From a virus (taxonomy: Duplodnaviria > Caudoviricetes), in the IMG/VR virus record IMGVR_UViG_3300037422_000298: DNA of 64,000 bases; one strand, written 5' to 3'. Position numbers and translations under genes: made by a program. The notes under the pieces are model-generated. The model was not told where the DNA came from and made no database searches. It saw only the letters and a program-made list of their open reading frames with translations. Below are positions 9,212-18,218 of this stretch, one piece after another (within the stretch, counting starts at the first letter, position 1; the number at the start of each line of letters is the position of its first letter).

Positions 9212-9706
9212 ATGCCGAAGAAGAAATCAACCAAGCCGACCGTGAAGCCTGCAAAGCCTGCGAAGGCTGCGAAGGTGCCAAAGGCGCCGAAGTCCAATGC
9301 GACTGACGTTCCGTGCCTTCGCGTCGTCGTTGGTGGTCGACAAGGCAAGACCGGCCAGACCGACGCGAATACGTGCGCGATCGTCGGTGAGAGTCGCGGA
9401 AGCGTCACGAAGTTCGATCTCAGACGCGAATACGGCTCGACCAGCAAGACTGTCGCGACGCCGAAGAAGAACAAGCCGTGCTTGAACGCGCTCAAGCGTA
9501 AGGGTTGTCCGGTACAGCTCGCGTTCGACGACGGTCAGCCATTTCTGCGCTTCTGTCGCGCGAACGGCGAAGCGGGCTACCGTGTCGACGTCAACTCGCC
9601 TGCGGAAGCCGTCGAGAAAGCCAATGCAGCCTGTGGTACTTGGACGGCCACCGGCAAGTTCGATTTCCCGCCCGAGACGCCGTTGCGGGGACGGCGACGT
9701 AAGTAA
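9212..9706 (+). CDS. basic Cys-containing protein with Lys/Ala/Pro-rich N-terminus and LRG-RRRK tail
   Basis: ORF directly after the GP88-like gene. Confidence 0.7.
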   Translation: MPKKKSTKPTVKPAKPAKAAKVPKAPKSNATDVPCLRVVVGGRQGKTGQTDANTCAIVGESRGSVTKFDLRREYGSTSKTVATPKKNKPCLNALKRKGCPVQLAFDDGQPFLRFCRANGEAGYRVDVNSPAEAVEKANAACGTWTATGKFDFPPETPLRGRRRK

Positions 9707-9707
9707 C

Positions 9708-9733
9708 GATCGCGTGCGCGATCGTGGTACGTT
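9708..9733 (+). promoter_or_regulatory. GATC-box promoter
   Basis: GATCGCGTGCGCGATC-gtgg-TACGTT. Confidence 0.7.
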
Positions 9734-9757
9734 GTAGCTACCGAAGGAGCTGACCCA

Positions 9758-10213
9758 GTGCCACACGTGTTCACCCTAGAAGGCGCCAACCTCGGTGCAG
9801 AGCCCGTGAACTTTCCCGAGGCCGGTCAGCCCATCGCACCACATCAGGCGATCGTCGGTCCGACGCGCGTCGCGCCCATGGTCTACGGCCCCGGCGGTAC
9901 ACCGATCATGTATCGGCGTCGCTATCCAGCACGCGGTCCCGTCTGCGACTACTGCGACCCCGACTACTTCACCGTCATGAACGGAGGACAGACCGTGATT
10001 CCATACCGTCAACAGCAGCTCGGTGACAGCGTCGAGGCCTTTCTGGAGCGTCAGTCCGATACCAGCCGGACTGTCATGGTCGTAGGCGGCGCACTTGGCG
10101 TTGGTGCAGCTCTCGCGACGCTCGGCGTGTGGCTGTACTACAAGATCGGCTACAAGCCGAAGCGCAGCGCAAGCGGCTGGGGCGATAGTGGTTGGGGCGG
10201 ATGGAAGTGGTGA
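9758..10213 (+). CDS. membrane protein with C-terminal TM and basic/GW tail
   Basis: GAAGGAG RBS; hydrophobic helix followed by KPKR. Confidence 0.75.
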   Translation: MPHVFTLEGANLGAEPVNFPEAGQPIAPHQAIVGPTRVAPMVYGPGGTPIMYRRRYPARGPVCDYCDPDYFTVMNGGQTVIPYRQQQLGDSVEAFLERQSDTSRTVMVVGGALGVGAALATLGVWLYYKIGYKPKRSASGWGDSGWGGWKW

Positions 10214-10214
10214 C

Positions 10215-10532
10215 GTGCCACAGCGCATTTCACTGATCGTCAAGGGTCCGCTCAAGAGCGCGCGTCGTGCGGCGCAACGTCACGGCGTAACGGTAGAGTC
10301 GTGCCGTGTCGTCGGCTCTGGCGCCGCGCTTCCCAAGCTCGCAGGCGATGTGCAGTGCTACGCGAAGTGCAGTACGTCGATGAACCGTAAAGTCGTCGAC
10401 TGGTTCAGTGATCGCGCACGCGCCAAGGCAGGTCGCGGCCACCCACCAGGGACGTTGCTGTATCACGGCAGCCTCTGCGAAGAGGATTTCGGTCGCCGCA
10501 AGAAGTCGCGCAAACGTCGCCGCCGTCGTTGA
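10215..10532 (+). CDS. small protein with DFG-RRKKSRKRRRRR tail
   Basis: GTG start just after the upstream stop. Confidence 0.65.
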   Translation: MPQRISLIVKGPLKSARRAAQRHGVTVESCRVVGSGAALPKLAGDVQCYAKCSTSMNRKVVDWFSDRARAKAGRGHPPGTLLYHGSLCEEDFGRRKKSRKRRRRR

Positions 10533-10536
10533 TCGC

Positions 10537-11064
10537 GTGCTGCAGCGTTTGACACTTGCACTTCCCGAACGCGAGCGCGTCGCGCTCCGTGACGAAATTC
10601 TTCGTCGGTCCCAGCACGTCCCCAGCTACACACGCACGCACGCGACCAATGCTTGGCGTTCCGCGAGCGATTTGCACACGTGGCCCACAGCAGCCGTCTT
10701 CTGCAACAGTCTCATTCAACTCCTGCAGGCGAGCGCGAGGCTCCCCATTGAACCGAAGACTCTTCGTGCATGGGCCATCGTTAGTCGTCGAGGTTCAGCA
10801 CACGGTCGGCACATTCATCCTCAGCGCTTTGCGTGGTCCGGTGTCTACTATCTCGAACCCGGCGGTGCTGACAGCGCGCGGACCGTGTTCGAGACAGCCG
10901 AAGGTCTTGTGCCTATTGCACCCGAACGCGATCTCGCGATCGTTTTCCCCGCCGATTTGTGGCATTCAGTAGAGCCGCATCCCAACGACGACATGCGCGT
11001 CACGATCGCCTTCAATATAGAAGCCAAGCCGGGTTGCGTTGATCGCGCGAGCGATCGGGTGTAG
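10537..11064 (+). CDS. 2OG-Fe(II) oxygenase family protein (start uncertain)
   Basis: HxH (RHIHP), WSGVYY, IVFPADLWHSVEP, RVTIAFN. Confidence 0.8.
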   Translation: MLQRLTLALPERERVALRDEILRRSQHVPSYTRTHATNAWRSASDLHTWPTAAVFCNSLIQLLQASARLPIEPKTLRAWAIVSRRGSAHGRHIHPQRFAWSGVYYLEPGGADSARTVFETAEGLVPIAPERDLAIVFPADLWHSVEPHPNDDMRVTIAFNIEAKPGCVDRASDRV

Positions 11065-11067
11065 GTT
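11041..11067 (+). promoter_or_regulatory. GATC-box promoter
   Basis: GATCGCGCGAGCGATC-gggtg-TAGGTT. Confidence 0.7.
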
Positions 11068-11117
11068 TTGATCTACCTCGTCTCGTCAAGAGACCCCGGC
11101 CACGGCTAGGAGGACAC

Positions 11118-11513
11118 ATGGGTACGAAAGCTGGAACACTTCTCTGGAACCGTCAGCGGCTCACGCTGGATGCAGGCCTCACATCGATCGACACCCGTCT
11201 GCAGCAGGTCAACAAGAGCTTCGCCGACATGTCGCCGAACGAGCCGCCGCTCGGTGTGACGATCGCACCGCCAGGGCCACCCGATGGCACACCGCCAGCG
11301 TCCCGTATCCAGGTCATTCCCATGTCGCCGATCCCTCTGTGGACGGACATCACGCACGGTGAACCGTTCGTGAATCCTGCGACGGGTACCGTCTGGGTGA
11401 CGTTCAACAACGGCGGCAAGACGCCAGTCGAAATCAATGTCCTGTTCTGGGATCCGCACTCGGCCATCGGCCCCGGCCAAGCCAGCACGTACAACGTCCT
11501 CATCGAGGGCTGA
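11118..11513 (+). CDS. hypothetical protein, possibly structural
   Basis: AGGAGGA RBS; Pro- and beta-rich. Confidence 0.75.
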   Translation: MGTKAGTLLWNRQRLTLDAGLTSIDTRLQQVNKSFADMSPNEPPLGVTIAPPGPPDGTPPASRIQVIPMSPIPLWTDITHGEPFVNPATGTVWVTFNNGGKTPVEINVLFWDPHSAIGPGQASTYNVLIEG

Positions 11514-11516
11514 CCG

Positions 11517-12122
11517 TCAGCTCTGCGGCGCGGGCGGTTTTTTCTTCTCCGTGAACGCCGCAAATTTGACGATGCGCTCGCGTGCGAGCAGCACCCAGTC
11601 GACGTACTTGATCGCGGCGACGTTCGCGACGCCTGCGTTCCCAGCAGCATGTCCTGCGAGCGCGCAGCGCAGCCGTCCCGTGCCTGTGCGGTCTCGGCAA
11701 CGCTTGTCGTTGAGCCAAGTCGCCAGCTCCTTCGCGCCCGCGCGATAGCCATACGCGACGTCCGTACGCATCCGCTGGCATTCCGTCCACGAGACGTAGC
11801 CGCCCGCCTGTAGCGGACCACAGTACCAACTGGGCCGCGCCTTCGGCGGCGGCTTCGCTGGCGCCCACACACCGGTCTTTCGTGTGCAGCTTGCCGGATC
11901 ATCAGACTCGCATTCGAGACGGCTCAACGCGCGTTGATCGAACCGCGACTCGACGTAGGCGACACCAAGCAGTAGCGTGACTGGATCATCGACGCCCAAC
12001 TCGTCGAGTTTGTATTCAGCAGCTGCGGCGATGGCCGCCTCGACGTGAATCCGCGCTTGATCCGACGGTAGTTGGAACGAGATCGCGATGATTGCGGCGA
12101 TGAGCGCTTCGAGAGTCATCAT
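11517..12122 (-). CDS. lytic transglycosylase (SLT)-like protein with hydrophobic N-terminus
   Basis: VAYVESRF, CGPLQ, ALAGHAAG, YVDWV. Confidence 0.65.
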   Translation of the reverse strand: MMTLEALIAAIIAISFQLPSDQARIHVEAAIAAAAEYKLDELGVDDPVTLLLGVAYVESRFDQRALSRLECESDDPASCTRKTGVWAPAKPPPKARPSWYCGPLQAGGYVSWTECQRMRTDVAYGYRAGAKELATWLNDKRCRDRTGTGRLRCALAGHAAGNAGVANVAAIKYVDWVLLARERIVKFAAFTEKKKPPAPQS

Positions 12123-12162
12123 GGCCGCGAACCTACTACGAGCGCGTCTGTATGGAAGCGTC

Positions 12163-12188
12163 GATCGCTCGCGCGATCATGATAGGCT
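12163..12188 (+). promoter_or_regulatory. GATC-box promoter, leaderless
   Basis: GATCGCTCGCGCGATC-atga-TAGGCT, 6 nt before the GTG start. Confidence 0.7.
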
Positions 12189-12194
12189 AAGTGC

Positions 12195-12884
12195 GTGTTG
12201 ACACTCTCGGCGTGGCCCACGGTGGCTTCTCAACAAGCCGAATTCGACCTCCATCAGCGGTTGAATCGGCTCCCGTGGTACGCACCGTCGGGTGCGAGTC
12301 TCGGCGCTGCCTCGTGGCCACGCATCTGGTCGACGGAAGCTGAAGTAGATCTGCAGTCACGCTTGAGCCGTTTGCCGTTCTACGCGCCGACAGGGCTCGG
12401 CGACATCGTTTCCGACGTTCAAAACCTCCTGCAGCAGCTCCAGTCGGGCGCTCTTGGACAGAAAGCAACCGAGGCGCTCCAAAAGCTCAACGCGATCATC
12501 GATCAAGCCGGGCCGCATCTCGACACCGTCATGCAGCTGCTGCAGGACCCGGCACTTCCGCAGGTGGTCGATCGTCTCAAGACACTGCAAACAATGTCCG
12601 CGACGCCGACGACGCCGACGGACACAACGACACCGACGGAGACAACACCGGCAACTCCACAGCCTACTGCCGCAGCCAAGCTGGTTCCGGTGCTGGATGC
12701 GGCGATCTTTGTCGAGCAGCATCCTGCAGCAAAGTTCGCGCTCGAACACCCAATCCTCGTCGGTGTCGGTGCTGCTGTCGTGTTAACTGGACTCGGTTTT
12801 GGTATCGGCTACGGCGTCTCGCGCGCTCGTGCGAAGCGTACGATGACGCCTGCTGCTTTCGGTCGTCGCTATCGACGACGTTAA
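12195..12884 (+). CDS. membrane-anchored protein with duplicated N-terminal unit, Thr/Pro linker, TM and AFG-RRYRRR tail
   Basis: two ~30-aa repeats ending in LG; C-terminal TM. Confidence 0.8.
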   Translation: MLTLSAWPTVASQQAEFDLHQRLNRLPWYAPSGASLGAASWPRIWSTEAEVDLQSRLSRLPFYAPTGLGDIVSDVQNLLQQLQSGALGQKATEALQKLNAIIDQAGPHLDTVMQLLQDPALPQVVDRLKTLQTMSATPTTPTDTTTPTETTPATPQPTAAAKLVPVLDAAIFVEQHPAAKFALEHPILVGVGAAVVLTGLGFGIGYGVSRARAKRTMTPAAFGRRYRRR

Positions 12885-13192
12885 GTTCCGCGCGTTCGCG
12901 TACGCGGCGGAGGCGGTGGTAGCAGCGCTGCATCAATTGCAGGCGTCGACGTCGACGGCGCGATCGACGGATCAGCAATCACAGCGACATCGTCGGCCGC
13001 CTCGAAGAACTTGATGATCTCGTGCGCCTGTTCGTAAGAGACCTCGACGAACGCACGTTGTTGAACAGCCCAGCGTTGCGCGAACACGATCCGATACTTC
13101 TGCGTCGTGGGGATCCGAACGAGATCGAGGCTGTGGTACGGCGAGAGGTGGATGATCAAGACGTCGGGGCTGGGACGTTCGATCTCCGCCAT
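12881..13192 (-). CDS. hypothetical protein
   Basis: ATG just after the upstream gene's stop; MAEIERP... Confidence 0.6.
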   Translation of the reverse strand: MAEIERPSPDVLIIHLSPYHSLDLVRIPTTQKYRIVFAQRWAVQQRAFVEVSYEQAHEIIKFFEAADDVAVIADPSIAPSTSTPAIDAALLPPPPPRTRTRGT

Positions 13193-13196
13193 GTGC

Positions 13197-13520
13197 TCAC
13201 AGCAGTGGCGCGATGGTTGCCGTAACAGGTCCCGTGATCGCGACTGGACACACACCCGTGACGATGACTTGTTCACCCGTCGGCATCCGGATCGTGAACT
13301 GACAGTTGTTGGTCGGCTGCACGACGACGACTTCAGGGCCGTATCCGTAGTAGTTGGGCCACCAACCACCGCCACGGCGCCAACCCCCACCACGACGCCA
13401 GCCGCCGCCGTGATGATGTCCACCGCCGCCATGGCGCCAACCGCCACCGCGTCCTCCTCCGCCGCCTCCGCCGCGTCCGCCGCCTCCTCCACGTGGTCCG
13501 CTCAATGTCACCGCCAGCAT
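13197..13520 (-). CDS. Gly-rich RGG/GGW low-complexity protein
   Basis: AAGGA RBS; RGGGG and GGWRR repeats. Confidence 0.7.
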   Translation of the reverse strand: MLAVTLSGPRGGGGGRGGGGGGGRGGGWRHGGGGHHHGGGWRRGGGWRRGGGWWPNYYGYGPEVVVVQPTNNCQFTIRMPTGEQVIVTGVCPVAITGPVTATIAPLL

Positions 13521-13542
13521 ATCGTGATCCTTTCGTGGAACG

Positions 13543-13986
13543 TTAGGTGCCGATCGCGCCCGGGACTTCGACGTCGAGGAAACAGACGCCTGCTACTGCC
13601 TGCGACGTGATCTGCAGGATGGCGTTTCCAACGCCGTCTTCGCTGGCGGTAATGACCCACCCAGGAGTCGCGCCCGAGTTCGGCGTGAGGATACAACGCG
13701 CCATCGGCGTCTTCTCGTTGCCGAAGTTCGACGGTGGGAACCACGCGGACAGCCACAGAGCGCGTGCTTGCACGGCCGTGAGTCCGCCAGGCCCGCACTT
13801 GCCGTAGCCGTCTTGACGCGCTCGCGCGATCTTCTTGATCGGTCCGGCAAGCGAGTCGGTCAGGAGATCGGGCGTGGGCGCGCCTGTCGTGGTGATTGTT
13901 GCTGTAGTGCCTGCCAGGCCGTCTTGCGTCAGACGGTAGGTCAAGCGGTTCTTTCCTTGGAACGCCAATACAACCGCGATCGCCAT
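13543..13986 (-). CDS. putative structural protein, paralog of 14358-14816
   Basis: NRLTY..QDG.AGTT..IT.TGA..PDLLTD shared. Confidence 0.75.
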   Translation of the reverse strand: MAIAVVLAFQGKNRLTYRLTQDGLAGTTATITTTGAPTPDLLTDSLAGPIKKIARARQDGYGKCGPGGLTAVQARALWLSAWFPPSNFGNEKTPMARCILTPNSGATPGWVITASEDGVGNAILQITSQAVAGVCFLDVEVPGAIGT

Positions 13987-13995
13987 CGAGGGCTC

Positions 13996-14349
13996 CTATG
14001 CTGCAAGAGTGTGCCGGAATTCGAGCGCGACGATCGCCGTCGCGCCTGGTTCGGCCATGATTTTGAGCGCGACAGCCGCGCCTTCGGACTCGGCTCCGAC
14101 AGCGACACGCTCGAACGACTGCGGCGTGACAAACGCGCGCATTGATGGATTGCACAGCAGGTAGCGGCAAGCCGCTTCCGCATCGGCGATCCGTACGCCG
14201 CGTTCGATGTACTTCCGCAGTGGGCCGTTCACCGTGTCGCGCACGAGATCGTCACGGCTCAACACGATCGCGCCGCCTTCTCGATCGGCGACCACGCTGT
14301 ACTTGAGCAAGTTCGGGGTCGCGCCTTCACGATTGATTTTCAGGGCCAT
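13996..14349 (-). CDS. hypothetical protein, distant paralog of its neighbours
   Basis: GGAG RBS; PNLLKY...DLVRDTVNGPLRK. Confidence 0.7.
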   Translation of the reverse strand: MALKINREGATPNLLKYSVVADREGGAIVLSRDDLVRDTVNGPLRKYIERGVRIADAEAACRYLLCNPSMRAFVTPQSFERVAVGAESEGAAVALKIMAEPGATAIVALEFRHTLAA

Positions 14350-14357
14350 GGTCGCTC

Positions 14358-14816
14358 CTATACTCCGTCCACGCCGGGCACGAACACGTCGAGGTAGGCC
14401 TGCGCCGCGAGCGGCGGACCGACGATCGCAAGCAGCATGTTGCTGCCCGACACGTTGGCGTCGACCAACCAGGGTGCCCCCTGCCCGACACGATCGGTGA
14501 CTTCGGCGCGCGCTGTGGGGAAAGCGCCGGAGTTTGCGGGCGTCGAGCCTGACGGCGACGCGCCGGAGTAGTCCGATAGCAGAATCGCGCGAGCTTTCGC
14601 TTGGGTCATCGGCGTCGCAATCCTGCCGTAGCCGAGCGTGTTGGCCTTGGCGATGTTGCGGAGCGCCCCGACGCGACCGGCGGTGTCGGTCAACAGATCC
14701 GGCGACGCCGCCCCCGTGGCCGTGATGTTGAGCGTGGTACCTGCAGCGCCGTCCTGGTTCAGGAGGTATGTCAGGCGATTGCCGGTAGCGCGAACGAGTG
14801 TCGCTGTGACAGCCAT
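14358..14816 (-). CDS. putative structural protein, paralog of 13543-13986
   Basis: AAGGAAGGG RBS; clear similarity to 13543-13986. Confidence 0.75.
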   Translation of the reverse strand: MAVTATLVRATGNRLTYLLNQDGAAGTTLNITATGAASPDLLTDTAGRVGALRNIAKANTLGYGRIATPMTQAKARAILLSDYSGASPSGSTPANSGAFPTARAEVTDRVGQGAPWLVDANVSGSNMLLAIVGPPLAAQAYLDVFVPGVDGV

Positions 14817-14872
14817 TTGAATCCCTTCCTTGCCGTAAACCGGACCCGGAATTTCCGAGCGAGGTACTGTAG

Positions 14873-14932
14873 ACGGTACCCGCGATCGCTCGCGCGATCA
14901 ACTCGCTTCCCGTGCGCGATCAGTGGTATGGA
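14873..14932. promoter_or_regulatory. divergent GATC-box promoters
   Basis: box 14884-14899 then gcggg-TACCGT on minus; half box GTGCGCGATC-agtgg-TATGGA on plus. Confidence 0.65.
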
Positions 14933-14959
14933 TAGGTCAAGCTCGAAGAAAGGGACGCT

Positions 14960-15217
14960 ATGGCGAAGAGTAGAAGGCGCCGTCGGTGGATTGGCGCGAA
15001 GCGTGGCAAGTCGGCTTACTGCCGAACACTCACCGCAAGTGACTGTGCGGTGAAGATCGGTGGCCGGAAGTACAAGGGCAAGGGTCGCTACTGCCCCGTC
15101 GGCAAGATCAAAGTCTGCCCATTCCGGCGCGGTCGCAAGACGACCTACAAAGCGCTCGGTCCCAAGGGCAAACTGAGGACCCTGCGCAAGGTGTCTCGTC
15201 GGCGTCGTCGACGGTAG
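14960..15217 (+). CDS. Arg/Lys/Cys-rich small protein
   Basis: AAAGGG RBS; poly-Arg at both ends. Confidence 0.7.
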   Translation: MAKSRRRRRWIGAKRGKSAYCRTLTASDCAVKIGGRKYKGKGRYCPVGKIKVCPFRRGRKTTYKALGPKGKLRTLRKVSRRRRRR

Positions 15218-15226
15218 GTCACGGCC

Positions 15227-15619
15227 ATGGCGGAGTCGCAATACGAGTACGAGATCCGCGAAATCCGGCGAGCACAGCGCAGAGCGGACGAGGTCCGTAA
15301 TGCGCCGCTCGCTGATCGTCGAGAAGCGCAAGCTGCATTCTTCGACGCGATTCGCGATCAACCGGATCACGTTGGCGACGTCGTTGGCTGGTTGCTCAAT
15401 GGCAGCTACGGCTACGGCGAGCAGCAACTTGCCTTGCGCATACTCAACAGCCCTCGCATGAATCGCGTCGCCGCGCTCACGCAGATGGCTGCCGTCTTCG
15501 AGTGGCAGTGCCCAGAGGATCGGGCACGGCAAGCATGGAAGCGACTGACCGCACCCGAGAAGGCGCAGCTCGCGTACGCAGTCCAAGACGCGATCCGCGA
15601 TGCTGAAGAAGAGGCCTGA
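15227..15619 (+). CDS. hypothetical protein
   Basis: operon spacing. Confidence 0.7.
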   Translation: MAESQYEYEIREIRRAQRRADEVRNAPLADRREAQAAFFDAIRDQPDHVGDVVGWLLNGSYGYGEQQLALRILNSPRMNRVAALTQMAAVFEWQCPEDRARQAWKRLTAPEKAQLAYAVQDAIRDAEEEA

Positions 15620-15849
15620 TGAAGAGACGTTGGAAAGCGGCGGGTCCACTCGGGCCGGGCGCTTACCACCGACGCTTCGGTAGCTGCCTACTTGTGGTCG
15701 GACGACTGCAGGGCGATAGCAGTGGTACACGCGCGCGATGGGCGATTCGCAGCAAGGATCTAGTTCAGCTACTGGATACGGGAACTGCCAGAACGGAGCG
15801 CGCTGCGAAGGCAACGGCAGTCTCTCGTGCGCGACGGTTCTGCAAATGA
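15619..15849 (+). CDS. small basic protein
   Basis: TGATG coupling. Confidence 0.55.
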   Translation: MKRRWKAAGPLGPGAYHRRFGSCLLVVGRLQGDSSGTRARWAIRSKDLVQLLDTGTARTERAAKATAVSRARRFCK

Positions 15850-15897
15850 GAGACACGTATTGCGCGTTGCGCGCGGTCCAAGTTTTCGGCAGATCGC

Positions 15898-16476
15898 CTA
15901 GCCGTTGTTCTTCGCGCCGAACGATGTCGGCACGAACATATCCGCGAGCGTGCGCGGGTAGACAACAACTGGCGTTCCCTGCTGAGCACGCTCGGCGACG
16001 ACCACGCACGCCTGGCGCAACGTTCGACATACCGGCACCTGCGGATATGACAGTGTCAAGCGGCGCTGCAGGTACGGGCCGCCTGTGAAACCGCGCTCGA
16101 TGCCGACGACAAGCCGCGCGAGGCCCGCCCCAGCTTTCGTGACCCATTCGCCCAGCTCGAACCGTTGTTGTGCTGCGAACGTGCTGTCGCAGCGATGCTT
16201 AGTTTCTTTTGCGAGCCAGAACAGAATCGCGCCGTCGCGAGCGGCGCGTTCACTGAAGGCCTGCTCCCAGGTCATGTGCAGTTCAGGACCGCCTGCGAAG
16301 TTGCGCCCGCGCGCGGACGCAACGTGCAAATCAGGCGCGACTTCACCAAGGATAGCGATCGCTTCGGCCTGCCAGTTGCCGGTGCCCTTGATGGGACCGT
16401 TCAGGTAGACAAGCGGACCCTCGATCTGGTTCACAGCGTCGAGATGGGTCGGCGCCGTGATGATCTGGCGCGGCAT
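15898..16476 (-). CDS. nucleoside 2-deoxyribosyltransferase-like protein
   Basis: VYLNGPI..WQ, WE, AILFWL, RFELGEW, LVVGI; TGG-TATCAT 6 nt before the ATG. Confidence 0.75.
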   Translation of the reverse strand: MPRQIITAPTHLDAVNQIEGPLVYLNGPIKGTGNWQAEAIAILGEVAPDLHVASARGRNFAGGPELHMTWEQAFSERAARDGAILFWLAKETKHRCDSTFAAQQRFELGEWVTKAGAGLARLVVGIERGFTGGPYLQRRLTLSYPQVPVCRTLRQACVVVAERAQQGTPVVVYPRTLADMFVPTSFGAKNNG

Positions 16477-16503
16477 CCCTACATGATACCATCCTAGACC
16501 ACG

Positions 16504-17133
16504 ATGCTCGCGCAGCAGTACACACCCGGTTTCGGCGGTGATCTCTACGACGTCGAGCCATACCAACAGCTCGAAAAGTATTCGTGTGGGGCTGCTGCGT
16601 TCAAGGCAGTCGCACAACACTGGGGCGATCGCATCGACGAGCGGACACTCATCAAAGAGATCGGCATCGATCCGGAAGCGGGCTCCACCGCGGGTCAAGT
16701 TGCCGACGCTGCACAACGACGCGGCTATCCAGCACTCGTGCACCAGTTCTCGTCGATCGACGAGCTAGGACGGTACACGGCACGCGACATCCCGGTGATC
16801 GTCGCGATTCGCAGCTTCATACGACCGAACCAAGGTCACTTCGTCGTCGCTACGAAGGTCACGCCGACCGACGTCCACGTCATGGATCCCAACGTTCGAG
16901 GAAACCGCCGCACGATTCCGCGTCCCGACATGGTCCGGCGTTGGCGCTTTCGTGAAAACGTCGGCGTCATCATCCTGCCACGGCGCAGGCGTACGACGCT
17001 CGGACAAGACACGAGCACGCCAAAGAAGCTCGAAGGCAAGCAGATCTTCGCGCTCGCGACGGCCGGACTGTTCGTCGCAATCACGGCCGTGAGTGCAGGA
17101 ATCGCGATCTATCGTCGGCGCAAAGCGAGCTAG
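16504..17133 (+). CDS. C39-family cysteine peptidase with C-terminal TM and RRRK tail
   Basis: Q....SCGAA (oxyanion Gln, catalytic Cys), GHFVV, VMDP. Confidence 0.85.
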   Translation: MLAQQYTPGFGGDLYDVEPYQQLEKYSCGAAAFKAVAQHWGDRIDERTLIKEIGIDPEAGSTAGQVADAAQRRGYPALVHQFSSIDELGRYTARDIPVIVAIRSFIRPNQGHFVVATKVTPTDVHVMDPNVRGNRRTIPRPDMVRRWRFRENVGVIILPRRRRTTLGQDTSTPKKLEGKQIFALATAGLFVAITAVSAGIAIYRRRKAS

Positions 17134-17283
17134 GCCCAGCGCGGCGCGCCACGCCCGGCGATGATCCAGTTGCGCGGGTTTCCGTTCGAGCGCGTCTTGC
17201 CTGGAAACCAGACAAACCAACGACAGCCTCCGCGGCGCACGCAACAGTGCGCGAGCATGGCCATGTCCGAATGCGGCTGCACA

Positions 17284-18138
17284 CTACCAGCGTAGCGCGG
17301 CGCGTTCCGAGTCGTTGAGCCGGTTCCACATCTTGAGATCGTCGTCGGTGAGCCGCGTCTCCTGCTTGTAGCTGCGACCCTGACGGCACTGCTTGATCTT
17401 CTGCTCGCGATAGTAGATTCGGACGCCGTCCTTCACTTCGCTATACAGCTCGGCCTTCTCGATCGCGAGCAGCTTCTCCGGTCTGCTGACGGCGACGCGC
17501 TTGGTCGCCTCGCGATGCTCGGTCTGTTTGCAAAGCAAGCCGCGACTCCAGCGGCGATTGCTGTAGTAACCGCACTCGCGCCACGCAGCGTCTGCAGGCA
17601 CCATCCAGAACAGCGTCGTGCCGTAGTCCATCACGCGACGTCCAGCAACCCAGCCGTTGATCTCGTCCGCGCTCGGATGGCTGCGATCTCGATAGCGCGC
17701 CCTGCGATTCCAGCTGTTGTGCGGGTGCAACCGCAAGATCCCGTGCGGGTCAACGTAGAAGTTGCCCCAATAGCGCTCGCGCGCATCCGTTGGCTGCAGC
17801 GTGACGTCGCTCAGCAGGTGACTGAACACGACGTGGCGACCTGCAACGGTGCGTGTGTCGAACTTTGCTACCAGCTCGGCGTAGATCTTGTGCCACGCGC
17901 GACCGACCTGCGACTTCAGCCAGCGATACATCGGGCTGAGCTTGTCTCGGAAGTCTTTGCCGACCTTCTTGCGCTTGGGCGCGACGTCGGCGTCGTCGGT
18001 GTCGGTCAGGTTCGCCACGTCGTGACAGAACGCGCGCGACTGCGCCCGATGCATCTCGTTCGACGCGTAGCGCTCGCGCTTGTTGTACGAACCACGACCG
18101 CCCTCGATCACGGTACGCGATAGATCCTTCGTCGCCAT
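17284..18138 (-). CDS. conserved-looking basic hypothetical protein
   Basis: long ORF starting MATKDLSRTVIEGGR; AAGGGG RBS; upstream CTCTTGACT. Confidence 0.7.
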   Translation of the reverse strand: MATKDLSRTVIEGGRGSYNKRERYASNEMHRAQSRAFCHDVANLTDTDDADVAPKRKKVGKDFRDKLSPMYRWLKSQVGRAWHKIYAELVAKFDTRTVAGRHVVFSHLLSDVTLQPTDARERYWGNFYVDPHGILRLHPHNSWNRRARYRDRSHPSADEINGWVAGRRVMDYGTTLFWMVPADAAWRECGYYSNRRWSRGLLCKQTEHREATKRVAVSRPEKLLAIEKAELYSEVKDGVRIYYREQKIKQCRQGRSYKQETRLTDDDLKMWNRLNDSERAALRW

Positions 18139-18218
18139 GCGATGCCCCTTGTAACAGTATCCCCAGAAACTAGTCAAGAGTTACTTGCTTCATGTGGTTG
18201 CGACACGGCTGCGACAGG

